Below, piece by piece: positions 1 to 12,527 of a stretch of 64,000 nucleotides of DNA (positions are counted from its first letter, which is position 1; the number at the start of each line of letters is the position of its first letter). This DNA is from an uncultured delta proteobacterium (GTDB lineage Bacteria > Myxococcota_A > Polyangia > Polyangiales > Polyangiaceae): assembly GCA_963782055.1 (NCBI GenBank), contig CAWAIF010000003.1, forward strand, positions 1,184,001 through 1,248,000, written 5' to 3'. A program made the translations under genes and the position numbers. A model generated the notes under the pieces. The model saw nothing but the letters and a program-made list of their open reading frames with translations. It was not told the origin of the DNA and ran no database searches.

Positions 1-2554
<2,554 letters not shown>

Positions 2555-2716
2555 GCGTCGTCTCTCTCTCCCGGAGGCGCGGGCAAGCTAACGCAACCGT
2601 GGGGTCGACGCAAAGCGTCGCCGACAGCGACGGCCGGTGACTTGCGCCGGCCTCGTTGCCATGCTCCCACTCGGCTGAGCAGTCGGTGCACCACCAAGCA
2701 GGCGGCATGGCGCTCG

Positions 2717-2756
<40 letters not shown>

Positions 2757-2925
2757 CTATAGCAGGGCGGTCCTCCTAGCCGGCCGCCTCGGCCGAGCCA
2801 TGTGGTCCGACGTGCAACATGATGTGCTCCAACAAGGGAGGGCGGCCTCCTCCCGACCCTGGCGACTGCAACCGCATGCGTTCCTGGGCTTCCCTCTTCG
2901 CGAACTTCTTTCCGCATCCCTAGCC

Positions 2926-3891
2926 ATGCGCGTCGCCCTCTTCACGATCTGCATCGCTCTGTCGCCTGGCTGTGGCGGCCAGGTGGAGGCGCCGCCGATC
3001 CCCGTCCCGCCCTCGGCGAGCGACTTCCCTCCGTCCGAACCCAGCGCGGTGCCGTACGATCCACGCCTCGGCGCGCTCGCCGACGTGCCGGGCGGGGCGA
3101 CCCACGTCGGCGACTGGACCCTCAGCGTCCCGTCCTTCGCCATCGCGCCGAACGCGTGCTCCGAGCTCATCACGCCCAACGCGCGTGTCATCGTCGCTCC
3201 CTTCCGGCTCATGGTGACCGAAGTGACCAACGGGGAGTACGCCGTCTGCGTAGACGGGGGGGCATGCACCGAGCCGCCGGACGTTGCCGGGCTCGGGGGC
3301 GTGTCCTGGCGCGACGCATCCATCGTGAACCGACCAGTGATCGTCTCGTGGTCGCAGGCTCGCGGCTTCTGCCGTCACTACGGGGGCGATCTGCCGACGT
3401 CGGGCGAGTTTCAGCGCGCGGAGGGGGCCGACGACACGCCCGGACAGCCGTCCCTCGTGAGCAAGTGGCAAGCATGCCGGAGGAGCGGCTCGCCGGTGTC
3501 ACCGGAGTGCGCCCGTATCACTGACCCTTTTTCGAGCGGCGCCCGATCCCTGCAGGATGTCGGTCAGGATCCGTCCGACGTTGGTCCTTACGGTCACCAC
3601 GATCTCTTCGGCAACGCCGACGAGTGGGAGCGGGCGCTCCTGGAGACCCCGGCGAGTCAGGACCTGTGCGCCTGGCCTCTCGATGATCACGATGTCTACC
3701 GTGCGCCGGACGCCGTTCACCCCTTTGTGTACTTCCCTGTCGGGTCGCTCGCCGCGAGCGCCGGTCCGGACGCCGCCTCGGAGCCCCCCTTCGAAGTTCC
3801 AGACCTTCGGCCTGATGGGTACTACAAGGGAGAGCCCAGCGGCTTCCGCTGCGCCTTTCCCATCCCGGCGACCGACGGAAGCGGCTCATGA
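2926..3891 (+). CDS. FGE-sulfatase (SUMF1/EgtB/PvdO-like) domain lipoprotein
   Basis: Signal ending SPGC; motifs TEVTNGEYAVCV, PVIVSWSQARGFC, LPTSGEF, HDLFGNADEW and GFRCA. Confidence 0.8.
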   Translation: MRVALFTICIALSPGCGGQVEAPPIPVPPSASDFPPSEPSAVPYDPRLGALADVPGGATHVGDWTLSVPSFAIAPNACSELITPNARVIVAPFRLMVTEVTNGEYAVCVDGGACTEPPDVAGLGGVSWRDASIVNRPVIVSWSQARGFCRHYGGDLPTSGEFQRAEGADDTPGQPSLVSKWQACRRSGSPVSPECARITDPFSSGARSLQDVGQDPSDVGPYGHHDLFGNADEWERALLETPASQDLCAWPLDDHDVYRAPDAVHPFVYFPVGSLAASAGPDAASEPPFEVPDLRPDGYYKGEPSGFRCAFPIPATDGSGS

Positions 3892-4314
3892 CGCGCGCCC
3901 CCGCGCTCCTTGCCGTCTGGCTCGTGGGCTGCGGCGGCGCGACGATCTCGACGCCGTCCGATGCCGGCGAGGACGGCTCGCCCGAGGCGGCCGCGACGCC
4001 CGACGGCTCGGCGGCGCCAGACGCGAGCACCCCGCCGGATGCGGGGACCTGCACGCCGTTCCTTCGCCCGCCGCACAAGGGGTACCTCGCGTGCCCCCTC
4101 GCCTGCGACGCGGCGTTCGCCCGCGATCCGGACCTCTATGACTTCTGCACGGTGAGCTGCGGCGACACCGCCTGCCCGGACGGCTTCGTCTGCGAGCCGG
4201 TGCAAGTGTCGAACGGCGTCTACAAGATTCTGCTTCTTCGCCTGCGACGACCAGACGCCGTGCCCGTCGCCCCTCCAGTGCGAGAGCGGCACCGGGACGC
4301 GTGCGTGCAACTGA
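3888..4314 (+). pseudogene. Cys-rich lipoprotein with an apparent +1 frameshift near 4228-4230 (as sequenced it reads on to 4346)
   Basis: Lipobox LVGC and a DAG linker. The Cys-rich pattern continues in the +1 frame from 4231 (CFFACDDQTPCPSPLQCESGTGTRACN*) to TGA 4312-4314, which avoids overlap with the Uma2 gene. Confidence 0.65.
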
Positions 4315-4321
4315 CGGCCGG

Positions 4322-4903
4322 TCAGCTCGCGAGGGGGTCGCGGTAGATGTCGTTCACGTCGAGGGTGAAGGGCTCACCGCACGATGCGATCTCCGCGCGC
4401 TCGCCCTCGCGCGCCTCGGCGACGAGCTCCCAGTTGCCGCGCTCGTTGCGCCGGTACACCTCGATGAGCGGCTCACGCTGGGAGACGAGGACGTACTCGC
4501 CCAGGGAGGGGATGCGCCGGTAGTGCGCCGCCTTGGCGCCGCGGTCGTAGGCCTCGGTCGAGTCGGAGAGGACCTCCACGATGAGCGAGGGATTGAGGAC
4601 GCCGTCCGGATCCTTCTCGTCGGTCTCGACCTTGCCGCAGACGACCGTCACGTCCGGATACGTCGAGAGATCGGTCGACTGGATGCGCACGCGAACGTCG
4701 GAGGAGAGCGCGCGGCAAGGTCGACCGCGCAGCGCGCTTCCCAGCGCGACCGTCATGGCGGCCGCGAGGGCGCCATGCTCGACCGTGCCGCCGGCCATCG
4801 CGAAGACCTCGCCCGCGAGGTACTCGTGCTTCGTCTCGCCCCTCGCCTCGAACGCGAGGTACTCGGCGTAGGTCATCCGCGCGACCGGGACCGGCGTGGG
4901 CAT
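4322..4903 (-). CDS. Uma2 (DUF820) family putative PD-(D/E)xK endonuclease
   Basis: MTYAEYL..KHEYLAGEVFAMAGG, YPDVTVVC, VEVLSDSTEAYDRGAK and IPSLGEYVLVSQ. Confidence 0.92.
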   Translation of the reverse strand: MPTPVPVARMTYAEYLAFEARGETKHEYLAGEVFAMAGGTVEHGALAAAMTVALGSALRGRPCRALSSDVRVRIQSTDLSTYPDVTVVCGKVETDEKDPDGVLNPSLIVEVLSDSTEAYDRGAKAAHYRRIPSLGEYVLVSQREPLIEVYRRNERGNWELVAEAREGERAEIASCGEPFTLDVNDIYRDPLAS

Positions 4904-5018
4904 GCACGGAAGATAACACGCGCCGGCGGGATCGGGCCTGAGGCTGAGGCGCACAGGATGCGAGCAATCGCGCATGAGGTGCGTGCGGAACGGTCCGGGC
5001 GCTTGCTACGAGACCGAC

Positions 5019-6302
5019 ATGCAGAAGGTTCGCAGCTCCTCCCCGCTCCTCCTCTCCCTCTCCCTCCTCACCGTCCTCGCCGGATGCGGCGGCGGCGCCT
5101 CCGGCGGATCGCCCTCGCCCGATCCCACCGGCGGCACGACCCCTCCTCCGTCCTCGACCGGTCCGGGTGGCAGCGAGGGGGGCGGCGGCGGCGGCACCGT
5201 CTCCGACCTTGCGCGCGCCCCGCAGATCTCGCAGGCCAAGCCACCTGCGCAATTCGCCAAGATGCCGCTCATCAGCTTGGGCCGCCCCACCTTCGCGACC
5301 TACGCACAGGCTGACGCGCCGCTCGCGGTGGACAACGACTACGGCACCTCCTGGCGCACCTACCACGTGCCCACCGCCGGCGCGCCGGACGTCCTCGCCA
5401 TCGACCTCTCCGGCCTCCCGCTCACCGAGCGGAGCGCCGTCTACTCGGTGTGGTTCAACGAGAACGGCTACAACTACGACACGTCCGACGCCGAGAGCTA
5501 CACGCTCCCCGGCGACTACCAGATCCAGGCCAGCACGGCGTCCGGCGGCGGCGCACCCCCGCAGTCCGGCTGGGTCACCCTCGTCACGGTGAAGGGCAAC
5601 ACCCTGAGCTCGCGCGCCGACGTTCTCGACCTCACCGGCTACCAGTGGGTGCGCTTCTTCTGCACCGCGAGCGCACCCAACGCCGCCGCGCAGAACACCG
5701 ACGTCTCACTCCAGTGGAACCTCTACGACGCCCACGCCGGGGTGGACGGCTGGAAGTTCGGGGGCGACTCCATCACCGCCAACTCGATGGGCCACAAGAG
5801 CACCAACGACAGCTTCGATCAGCTCGTCCACGCGCAGGTGCCCGACGCCACGCCCGCCTTCGAGATGGGCGGCCACGGGGGCTGGACCACCACCGACATG
5901 CTCGGCCACATCGACGCCTACCTCGCCAACTTCCCCGGTCGCTACTTCGCGCTGCCGCTCGGCACCAACGACGCCGGCAACGACCCTGTCGGCTACGCGG
6001 CGAACATGACCAAGCTCATCGACAAGATCCTTGCGGTAGGCAAGGTCCCGGTGGTGCCGACCATCCCGTACACCGGCGACCCTCAGCACGCCGCCATCCC
6101 GTCGTACAACGCGCAGATCCAGCAGCTTTACGCCACGTACGGGGCCAAGCTCGTCCAGGGACCGGACCTGTACGCCGTGCTGTACGCCGGCCGCGCCACC
6201 ATGTTCGACAACCCCACCGATCTGCACCCCAACGAGAAGGGGAACGCGGCGATTCGCAAGGCCTGGGGCGACGCGATGGTGAAGAACGTCTACGCCAAGT
6301 AG
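5019..6302 (+). CDS. Lipoprotein with C-terminal SGNH/GDSL hydrolase domain
   Basis: Lipobox LAGC and Gly/Pro linker; SGNH blocks GDSIT, GHGG, GTND and DLHPN. Confidence 0.85.
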   Translation: MQKVRSSSPLLLSLSLLTVLAGCGGGASGGSPSPDPTGGTTPPPSSTGPGGSEGGGGGGTVSDLARAPQISQAKPPAQFAKMPLISLGRPTFATYAQADAPLAVDNDYGTSWRTYHVPTAGAPDVLAIDLSGLPLTERSAVYSVWFNENGYNYDTSDAESYTLPGDYQIQASTASGGGAPPQSGWVTLVTVKGNTLSSRADVLDLTGYQWVRFFCTASAPNAAAQNTDVSLQWNLYDAHAGVDGWKFGGDSITANSMGHKSTNDSFDQLVHAQVPDATPAFEMGGHGGWTTTDMLGHIDAYLANFPGRYFALPLGTNDAGNDPVGYAANMTKLIDKILAVGKVPVVPTIPYTGDPQHAAIPSYNAQIQQLYATYGAKLVQGPDLYAVLYAGRATMFDNPTDLHPNEKGNAAIRKAWGDAMVKNVYAK

Positions 6303-6374
6303 CCTCGCCGGCCGCCCTTTTTGCAGGCCGCCACTCGCGCCGGTGGCAGCCTGCCAAGGGGCCGGTGGCTCTTC

Positions 6375-6390
6375 TGGCACGAGCGGTGCA
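6375..6390 (+). promoter_or_regulatory. Candidate sigma-54 -24/-12 promoter
   Basis: TGGCACG-AGCG-GTGCA (GG-N10-GC), about 47 bp upstream of ATG 6437. Confidence 0.55.
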
Positions 6391-6436
6391 CCGCGACTCC
6401 CTGCGCCCCAACCACGGCGGGCGCCAGGAGGCACGC

Positions 6437-8038
6437 ATGCATTTCACGACCTTCCCCCGGCCTCCGGCCTCGGTCGGTCTCGTTCGTCGCCCGAGCCTCC
6501 GGCTCGGCCCCGAACTGGTCCAGCGCCTCGTCCGTGGCCTCGCCCCGGCGTCGCTCCTTCTGCTGATGGCCTGCGGCCCGGGATCGCTGCCCGCCGGCAA
6601 CCCGGACTCCGGAGCCCCCGACGCGGGGACCGACTCGTCTCCTGGAGACCCGTGCGCCAACCTCACCGTGACTCCGCCGGTGACCCCGGCCACCCCGCCG
6701 GTGGGGACGCAGCTGCAGCAAGGCGAAGATCTGGCGGTGCGAGGCGTGACCAGCGACGGCTGGGTCGTCTACGCCGACGACGCCGCCCACACGCTTCACG
6801 CGATGCCCCTCGCCGGTGGCGCGGCACAGGACCTGGGCGCGCTGGGCGACAAGTACTGGGTGATGGTCGACGGCAAGGACGCCTTCATCTGGTCCAACGT
6901 CACGGGCAACAACGTGGGTGCCCTCTCGGTGTGGAACTCCGTCGCCGGGCTGCACGCGCTCGCACCGGCGTCGTTCGGGCTGCTCGAGTCGGCCACGTCC
7001 GACGGCGGGCTCATCCTCTACCTGGCGAACGTGGACGCGCAGGGCGAGACGGGTGACGTGATGGTGGCGGCGGGCGACGGCACTAGCCCGACCAAGCTGG
7101 TGGGGGGCGCGACCATCGACGGCTGCTTCCCGCAGCTCGGGTTCGCCGGCAGCTCGGCGGTCGTCTCGCACTGCTCCGCCAAGCCCACCGGCGCGCCCAA
7201 CGCCACGATCAGCACCTTCGACATGACGAAGGGATGGGCGGGCACCGACCTGGTGACCGACGCGCAGAACTACTGGTGGACCGACGCCGCCGGCGACAAG
7301 GTGTTCGTCTCCAAGAGCCCCGGCGTGTTCGTCGTCCCGACCGGCGGGGGTACGCCGGAGACCATCGACGCCAACGGCTTCCTCGGGGTGCTCACCTCCG
7401 ACGGGAAGACCGCACTCTACAGCACCATGTCGCAGGGCCTGCGGCGCTCGCCGGTGAGCGCTCCCTCCCCCGTCACCCTGGTGGACAAGGGCTTCGGCGG
7501 CATCTGGGCGCTCTCGCCGGACGAGGCGTGGCTGCTCTTCTTCTACAACCTGGGCTCGAACGGCGGCGACATGTTCCTTTCGTCCACGTCGGTGCCCGGA
7601 ACGCCGACCACGCTCTCGCAAGCCGTCACGTCCGCCGTCAGCGGGGACGCCTTCACCGCCGATTCGCACTACGCGCTGTATGTCGGCTCGCTGGACGTGT
7701 GCACCAGCGCGGGCACGCTGACCGCGGTCCCGGTGTCGGGCGGCGCCCCGATCACGCTGGGCGAGCGGGCGTGGGCGGACCACGCCGCCGGCGGTTCCAG
7801 GGTCGTCTTCGTCGACGACTTCTCGCCCACGTCGGTCGGAGCGGCCGCCGCCACCGACATGCGCTACGGCCGCGCCGACGTGGAGCTGGTCGACCTCGCG
7901 AAGGGGTCGACGGTCACGCGCCTCGTCGACCAGGCCGACGCGGTCGTCGCGCTCTCCCCGGCGCAGGATTCGCTCGTCTACACGTGGTCGGCGGAGGCGG
8001 GAGCGAAGGCCGGCCTCTACGTCCTGCCGCTTCCCTGA
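6437..8038 (+). CDS. Lipoprotein with probable beta-propeller repeats
   Basis: AGGAGG RBS, lipobox LMAC and a PDSG/DAG linker; repeated beta-rich blades (TSDGW, TSDGG, TSDGK, SPDEA, TADSH). Confidence 0.75.
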   Translation: MHFTTFPRPPASVGLVRRPSLRLGPELVQRLVRGLAPASLLLLMACGPGSLPAGNPDSGAPDAGTDSSPGDPCANLTVTPPVTPATPPVGTQLQQGEDLAVRGVTSDGWVVYADDAAHTLHAMPLAGGAAQDLGALGDKYWVMVDGKDAFIWSNVTGNNVGALSVWNSVAGLHALAPASFGLLESATSDGGLILYLANVDAQGETGDVMVAAGDGTSPTKLVGGATIDGCFPQLGFAGSSAVVSHCSAKPTGAPNATISTFDMTKGWAGTDLVTDAQNYWWTDAAGDKVFVSKSPGVFVVPTGGGTPETIDANGFLGVLTSDGKTALYSTMSQGLRRSPVSAPSPVTLVDKGFGGIWALSPDEAWLLFFYNLGSNGGDMFLSSTSVPGTPTTLSQAVTSAVSGDAFTADSHYALYVGSLDVCTSAGTLTAVPVSGGAPITLGERAWADHAAGGSRVVFVDDFSPTSVGAAAATDMRYGRADVELVDLAKGSTVTRLVDQADAVVALSPAQDSLVYTWSAEAGAKAGLYVLPLP

Positions 8039-8043
8039 GTCCG

Positions 8044-9357
8044 ATGACGGCGCCCCGGCCCGAAGTCCTGCTCACCATGGCCGATTATCACGGCACGCTC
8101 GCGGCGGTCCGCTCGCTGGGCCGCGCGGGCGTGCCGGTGGTGGTGGCAGACGGTCATCGCCTAGCACCGGCGCGCTTCTCGAGGCACGCCGCGCGGGTGG
8201 TGTCGTGTCCGGACGTGGGCGCAGAGCCGGAGAGCTTCGTCGACTGGCTGCTGTGGCTCGGGACGCGCGAGCCGGGCCGGGTGCTGCTCCCCACCAGCGA
8301 CGACGTCGCGTGGATCCTCGCGCTGCACCGCGACGCGCTGTCGCCCCACTACCGGATGTACGGGCCGCCCGCGGAGTCCATCTGGATGCTGCTCGACAAG
8401 TGGCGCCTGCACCGCGCCTGCCTCGCGCTGGACATCGCCACGCCCGCCACCTGGCTGCCGCGCGACGCGGAGGGGCTGGAGGTCGTCCGCCAGGAGGCCC
8501 GCTTCCCGGTCGTGGTGAAGCCGCGCACGCAGGTCTTCCTCACGCCTCACCAGAAGGGGCGCGTGGTGCAGCGCGCGGAGGAGCTCGCGCCGCTCTACGA
8601 GGATCTGCTGCACGCCACCTCCCACGCGCGCACGCTGGTGGAGTCGGCGCCGGACGTCGACGGTCCGATCGTGCAGGCCTTCGCCGACACCAGGGCCGAC
8701 GGGGTCTACAGCCTGAGCGGCTTCATCGACGAGACGGGCGAGATCTTCGCCGTGGAGGCGTCGCGCAAGCTCTTGCAGTGGCCGCCGCGTCTGGGCGTGG
8801 GCACGTGCTTCGAGGCGACGGAGGTGCGCGGGGACCTCGCCGACGCTGTCGCGAGGCTGCTGCGCCACGCCGGCTACCACGGCGCCTTCGAGGTGGAGTT
8901 CGTGCGCGTCGACGGGCGCTACCGGATCATCGACGTCAACCCGCGCTTCTACGGGCAGATGCAGCTCGACGTCGCGCGGGGGCTCGACCTGCCGCGCATG
9001 ATGTACGTCGCGGCGCTGGGCGAGCGCCGGGAGCTGCGGCGCTTGGCGGGGGCCGGCCGGAACGGCGCCCGCCGCGTCTACTGCAGCCGGATCGAGCTGG
9101 AGGTGTCGTTGCGGCTGCTCCGCGCCGCCGGGAAGCTGGGCAACGGGGAGCGACGGCGGTGGAAGCAGTGGCTGGAGAGCCACGAGGGAGAGCTGGTGGA
9201 CCCGGTGATCGACCGCGACGACTGGGCGCCGGCGGCGGTGGAGGCGGTGAGCGCGGTGTGGAGGCGCGCGCGCCACCCGCGCAGCGCGTGGCGCGAGGCG
9301 AGGGGCGTCGCCACCTCCCCGCACGCCGCGCAGCGTGAAGAGCGACACCCCTCGTGA
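8044..9357 (+). CDS. ATP-grasp carboxylate-amine ligase (D-aspartate ligase-like)
   Basis: LAAVRSLGRAGV, LLPTSDD, LDKWRL, FPVVVKP, FEVEF and IIDVNPRF. Confidence 0.85.
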   Translation: MTAPRPEVLLTMADYHGTLAAVRSLGRAGVPVVVADGHRLAPARFSRHAARVVSCPDVGAEPESFVDWLLWLGTREPGRVLLPTSDDVAWILALHRDALSPHYRMYGPPAESIWMLLDKWRLHRACLALDIATPATWLPRDAEGLEVVRQEARFPVVVKPRTQVFLTPHQKGRVVQRAEELAPLYEDLLHATSHARTLVESAPDVDGPIVQAFADTRADGVYSLSGFIDETGEIFAVEASRKLLQWPPRLGVGTCFEATEVRGDLADAVARLLRHAGYHGAFEVEFVRVDGRYRIIDVNPRFYGQMQLDVARGLDLPRMMYVAALGERRELRRLAGAGRNGARRVYCSRIELEVSLRLLRAAGKLGNGERRRWKQWLESHEGELVDPVIDRDDWAPAAVEAVSAVWRRARHPRSAWREARGVATSPHAAQREERHPS

Positions 9358-9374
9358 CGCGCGGCCGCTGACCC

Positions 9375-10634
9375 CTAGCGGCGCGAGGCGGCCGGGAGGT
9401 GCGACACGAACGCGGCGACGTCGGTGATCACGCGCTCGTCCACGTGACCGGGCTTCGCGTAGTCGCCGGGCGTCGACGGCCCGGTGCCCGCGACGAAGGC
9501 GTGGTTCAGCTCGGGGTACGTCCGCAGGGTGACGCTCTTCTTCTTGCGGAGGGCCGCGCGCCACCCGGCGAAGTCGTCGGCCACGGTGACCTGGTAGTCG
9601 CGCTCGCCCTGCAGGACGAGCATCGGAATGGAGAGCGACGCGGCGACCTTCTCCGGGTGGTAGCCGCGGACGTCGAGGAAGTAGGCGCCGGGGATGGGGG
9701 AGGTCATGGGGACCTGGACCATCGTGTCCGGCTTCAGCGCGGGATCCTCCACCGCGTGCTTGAAGCGCTCGGCCGCCTGGATCATGGCGGCGAGCTCGGG
9801 CCGCTCGGGGTCGAGCTTCGCGAGGTAGTGGAGCTGCGAGAGGAGCGAATCCTCCAGGGGACGCGTGGACCCGGCGAGGATGACCAGACCCTTGATGGCC
9901 GGATCGCCGCGGGCGATGCGCGGCGCGAGGAAGCCCCCCTGGCTGTGACCGAGCAGGACGACGCGTGTGGGGTCGACGCCGGGCGTCTGCCCGAGGAGCG
10001 CGACGGCGGCGTGGGCGGCGTCCTCCACCTCCTCCTCCTGCGTGCGCACGCCGGTGGGATCGACGCGCGTGCGCTTGTCGTAGCGGAGCACCGCGACGCC
10101 GCGGCTGGCGAGGCCCCAGGCGAGATCCCTGAACGGCTTGATCGCGCCGAGGGTCTCGTCGGCGTCGTTGGGGCCGGAGCCGTGCACCAGCACCACCGCG
10201 GGGAAGGTCTTCGCGCCCCTCGGGATGGTGAGGACCCCCGGCAGCGCGGGGGACGTCCCGACCGTCACGGGCTCCTCCTCGAAGGCGTCGACCTTCGCGT
10301 ACGCGGGCGGCGTCCAGGCCGCCGCCGTGTCGCCAGGCGTGACGAAGAGGCCCGAGACGTGGCCCCGCGCGTCGAGCACCACGCGCACGACGAGCGGCGC
10401 GGCGGCGAACGTTGCCTTCACCAGGGCGACGTGGTGGCCGCCCTGGTCCGCGACGCTCACCGCGTCGATGTGCTGGAACACGCCCGCGCCCGACTCCACT
10501 GATGTCCACACCGCGCGGAGCTTCTCGGCGGGGAGCTTCTCCCGCATCGTCTCGTCGAAGGTGGCCTCCGCCGACTCGAACTGGTGGGCGGCGAGCTGGG
10601 CCACCAGATCGCGCGCGCGCTGCTCGTCGGTCAT
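9375..10634 (-). CDS. Alpha/beta hydrolase with N-terminal DUF3887-like domain
   Basis: HGSGPND, nucleophile motif GHSQG, QGERDYQV and YPELNH. Confidence 0.9.
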   Translation of the reverse strand: MTDEQRARDLVAQLAAHQFESAEATFDETMREKLPAEKLRAVWTSVESGAGVFQHIDAVSVADQGGHHVALVKATFAAAPLVVRVVLDARGHVSGLFVTPGDTAAAWTPPAYAKVDAFEEEPVTVGTSPALPGVLTIPRGAKTFPAVVLVHGSGPNDADETLGAIKPFRDLAWGLASRGVAVLRYDKRTRVDPTGVRTQEEEVEDAAHAAVALLGQTPGVDPTRVVLLGHSQGGFLAPRIARGDPAIKGLVILAGSTRPLEDSLLSQLHYLAKLDPERPELAAMIQAAERFKHAVEDPALKPDTMVQVPMTSPIPGAYFLDVRGYHPEKVAASLSIPMLVLQGERDYQVTVADDFAGWRAALRKKKSVTLRTYPELNHAFVAGTGPSTPGDYAKPGHVDERVITDVAAFVSHLPAASRR

Positions 10635-10734
10635 GGCGTGTACCTCCGTGGTGGGTGTCCTGTGGTGGGGGCGGGCCGTGCACGCGCGTCACGGCGATAA
10701 TGAGTCAAGGCCTCCCCGGTCGAGTTTCGGCCGC

Positions 10735-12519
10735 CTATCGCCCCACGCGCCTCTCCAGCTCGGCGAAGGGCACGCGCGTCACGACCGGCCGCCCGTGCGG
10801 GCAGTAGCCGGAGAAGTCGACGCCATCCAGGGCCTCCAGCAGCGCCCTCGCCTGCTCGGGCGACATGGGATCGCCCGCGCGGATGGAGCCGTGGCACGCC
10901 ATGGTGGCGAGCACCAGATCGCGCGCGCCGCTGAAGGGGCGGCCTGCCGCGCGGCCCAGCTCCGCCAGGAGATCGCGGAGGAGTCGCTCCGGACGCCCGC
11001 GCCCGAGCAGCCGCGGCACGCCGTGCACCGCTACTGCCTGCGGGCCGACCATGCGCACCTCCACCCCGAAGCGCGCGGCGTCCTCCTCGTGCTCGGAGAG
11101 GATGGCGGCCTCCTGCGGGGAGAGCTCGACGACCTCCGGGATGAGGAGCTTCTGCACCGCGACGGTGCGCTGCTCGAAGGCGCGGCGGAGGCGGTCGTAG
11201 TTGCGGCGCTCGTCGGCGGCGTGCTGGTCCAGGACGTAGAGGGCGTCGTCGCCCTCGCAGAGGAGGAAGGTGTTGCGGACCTGGGCGACGAAGCGGAGGC
11301 GGGAGTAGAAGCCGCCCTCGGTGAAGAGGGGGAGGTCCGGGGAGGAGGCGGGAGCGAGGGCGGGCGCAGGCGCGGGCGCGGGCGCGAGAGGGGAAGAGGC
11401 AGGGGGAGCGGAAGAAGGTGGAGAAGAGGAGAAGGAGGAGGGGGCGGACCAGGCGGGGGATTCGCGCAAGGGGTAGGGGGCCGCCGAGCGCGGCGGCGGG
11501 AGCCAGGGGCGGGAGGTGGGGCCCATCGCCGGGATGTCGAAGGCGCGAGCGAGGGTGGTGAAGAGCTCGCGCGTCACCGCGTCGAAGACGGCGCGGGCGT
11601 CCTGGAAGCGGACCTCCGCCTTCTGGGGATGGACGTTCACGTCCACCAGGTCCGGCGGGAGATCGATGTAGACTACACCGACCGGGTAGCGGCCGCCCTC
11701 CAGCACCGAGCCGTAGGCCTGCGCGACCGCGCGGGCGAGCGGGCGGTCGCGGACGGGGCGGCCGTTGACGAGCAGGTGCAGCGCGCCGGTGCCGGCGCGG
11801 GCGCGCTCCGGCGGGGCGAGGTACGCCTCGATGCGCATCGGTCCGCGCTCGCCCAGGCACGCGGCCAGCCGCGGCTCGCCCACCACCTGCTTGGCGCGCT
11901 CCTCGCGCCTGCCCGCGCGCAGGTACTCGCGCGCCTGCTTGCCGTCGCGCGTGAGCACGAAGGTGACCTCCGGCCGCGACAGCGCGGCGAGCGACACCAC
12001 CTCGCCCACGTGCGCGCTCTCCGTGGCCGGCGCCTTCAGGAACTTGCGGCGCGCGGGGACGTTGAAGAAGAGCTCGCGCACCTCCACCGTCGTGCCCTCC
12101 GCGCGGCCGGCGGGCTTCGTCTGCGCCGCGCCGCCGCCGTCGACGACCACCTCGGTCCCCTCCGCCGCCCCGCGCTCGCGCGTGGTGAGCCGCAGCCGCG
12201 CCACCGAGGCGATGCTCGGCAACGCCTCGCCCCGGAAGCCGAAGCTGTGCAGCGATCCCAGGTCCTCGAACGCGGTGATCTTGCTCGTGGCGTGGCGCTC
12301 CAGCGCGAGCAGCGCGTCCTCGGGCGAGAGGCCCTCGCCGTCGTCGCTCACGCGCAACATGTCCATGCCCCCGCGCTCCACGTCCACGCGCACCCGCGTC
12401 GCGCCGGCGTCCAGCGCGTTCTCCACCAGCTCCTTGACCACGCTCGCCGGGCGCTCCACCACCTCGCCCGCGGCGATCTGGTTGATGAGGTCGTCCTGGA
12501 GCCGGCGGATCTTGCCCAT
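10735..12519 (-). CDS. mutL: DNA mismatch repair endonuclease MutL
   Basis: NQIAAGEVVERPASVVKELVEN, GFRGEAL and DVNVHPQK; endonuclease motifs DQHAADER, ACH and CPHGRP. Confidence 0.97.
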   Translation of the reverse strand: MGKIRRLQDDLINQIAAGEVVERPASVVKELVENALDAGATRVRVDVERGGMDMLRVSDDGEGLSPEDALLALERHATSKITAFEDLGSLHSFGFRGEALPSIASVARLRLTTRERGAAEGTEVVVDGGGAAQTKPAGRAEGTTVEVRELFFNVPARRKFLKAPATESAHVGEVVSLAALSRPEVTFVLTRDGKQAREYLRAGRREERAKQVVGEPRLAACLGERGPMRIEAYLAPPERARAGTGALHLLVNGRPVRDRPLARAVAQAYGSVLEGGRYPVGVVYIDLPPDLVDVNVHPQKAEVRFQDARAVFDAVTRELFTTLARAFDIPAMGPTSRPWLPPPRSAAPYPLRESPAWSAPSSFSSSPPSSAPPASSPLAPAPAPAPALAPASSPDLPLFTEGGFYSRLRFVAQVRNTFLLCEGDDALYVLDQHAADERRNYDRLRRAFEQRTVAVQKLLIPEVVELSPQEAAILSEHEEDAARFGVEVRMVGPQAVAVHGVPRLLGRGRPERLLRDLLAELGRAAGRPFSGARDLVLATMACHGSIRAGDPMSPEQARALLEALDGVDFSGYCPHGRPVVTRVPFAELERRVGR

Positions 12520-12527
12520 GCGCCGGA

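Noticed and set aside
4322..4903. Uma2 nuclease as a defence or mobile element
   Set aside because: Stand-alone gene from a family commonly expanded in such genomes; no methylase, terminal repeats or partner genes.
11340..11460. Purine-rich low-complexity stretch in mutL as an insertion
   Set aside because: It encodes an in-frame Ser/Pro/Ala linker at the usual variable MutL linker position.
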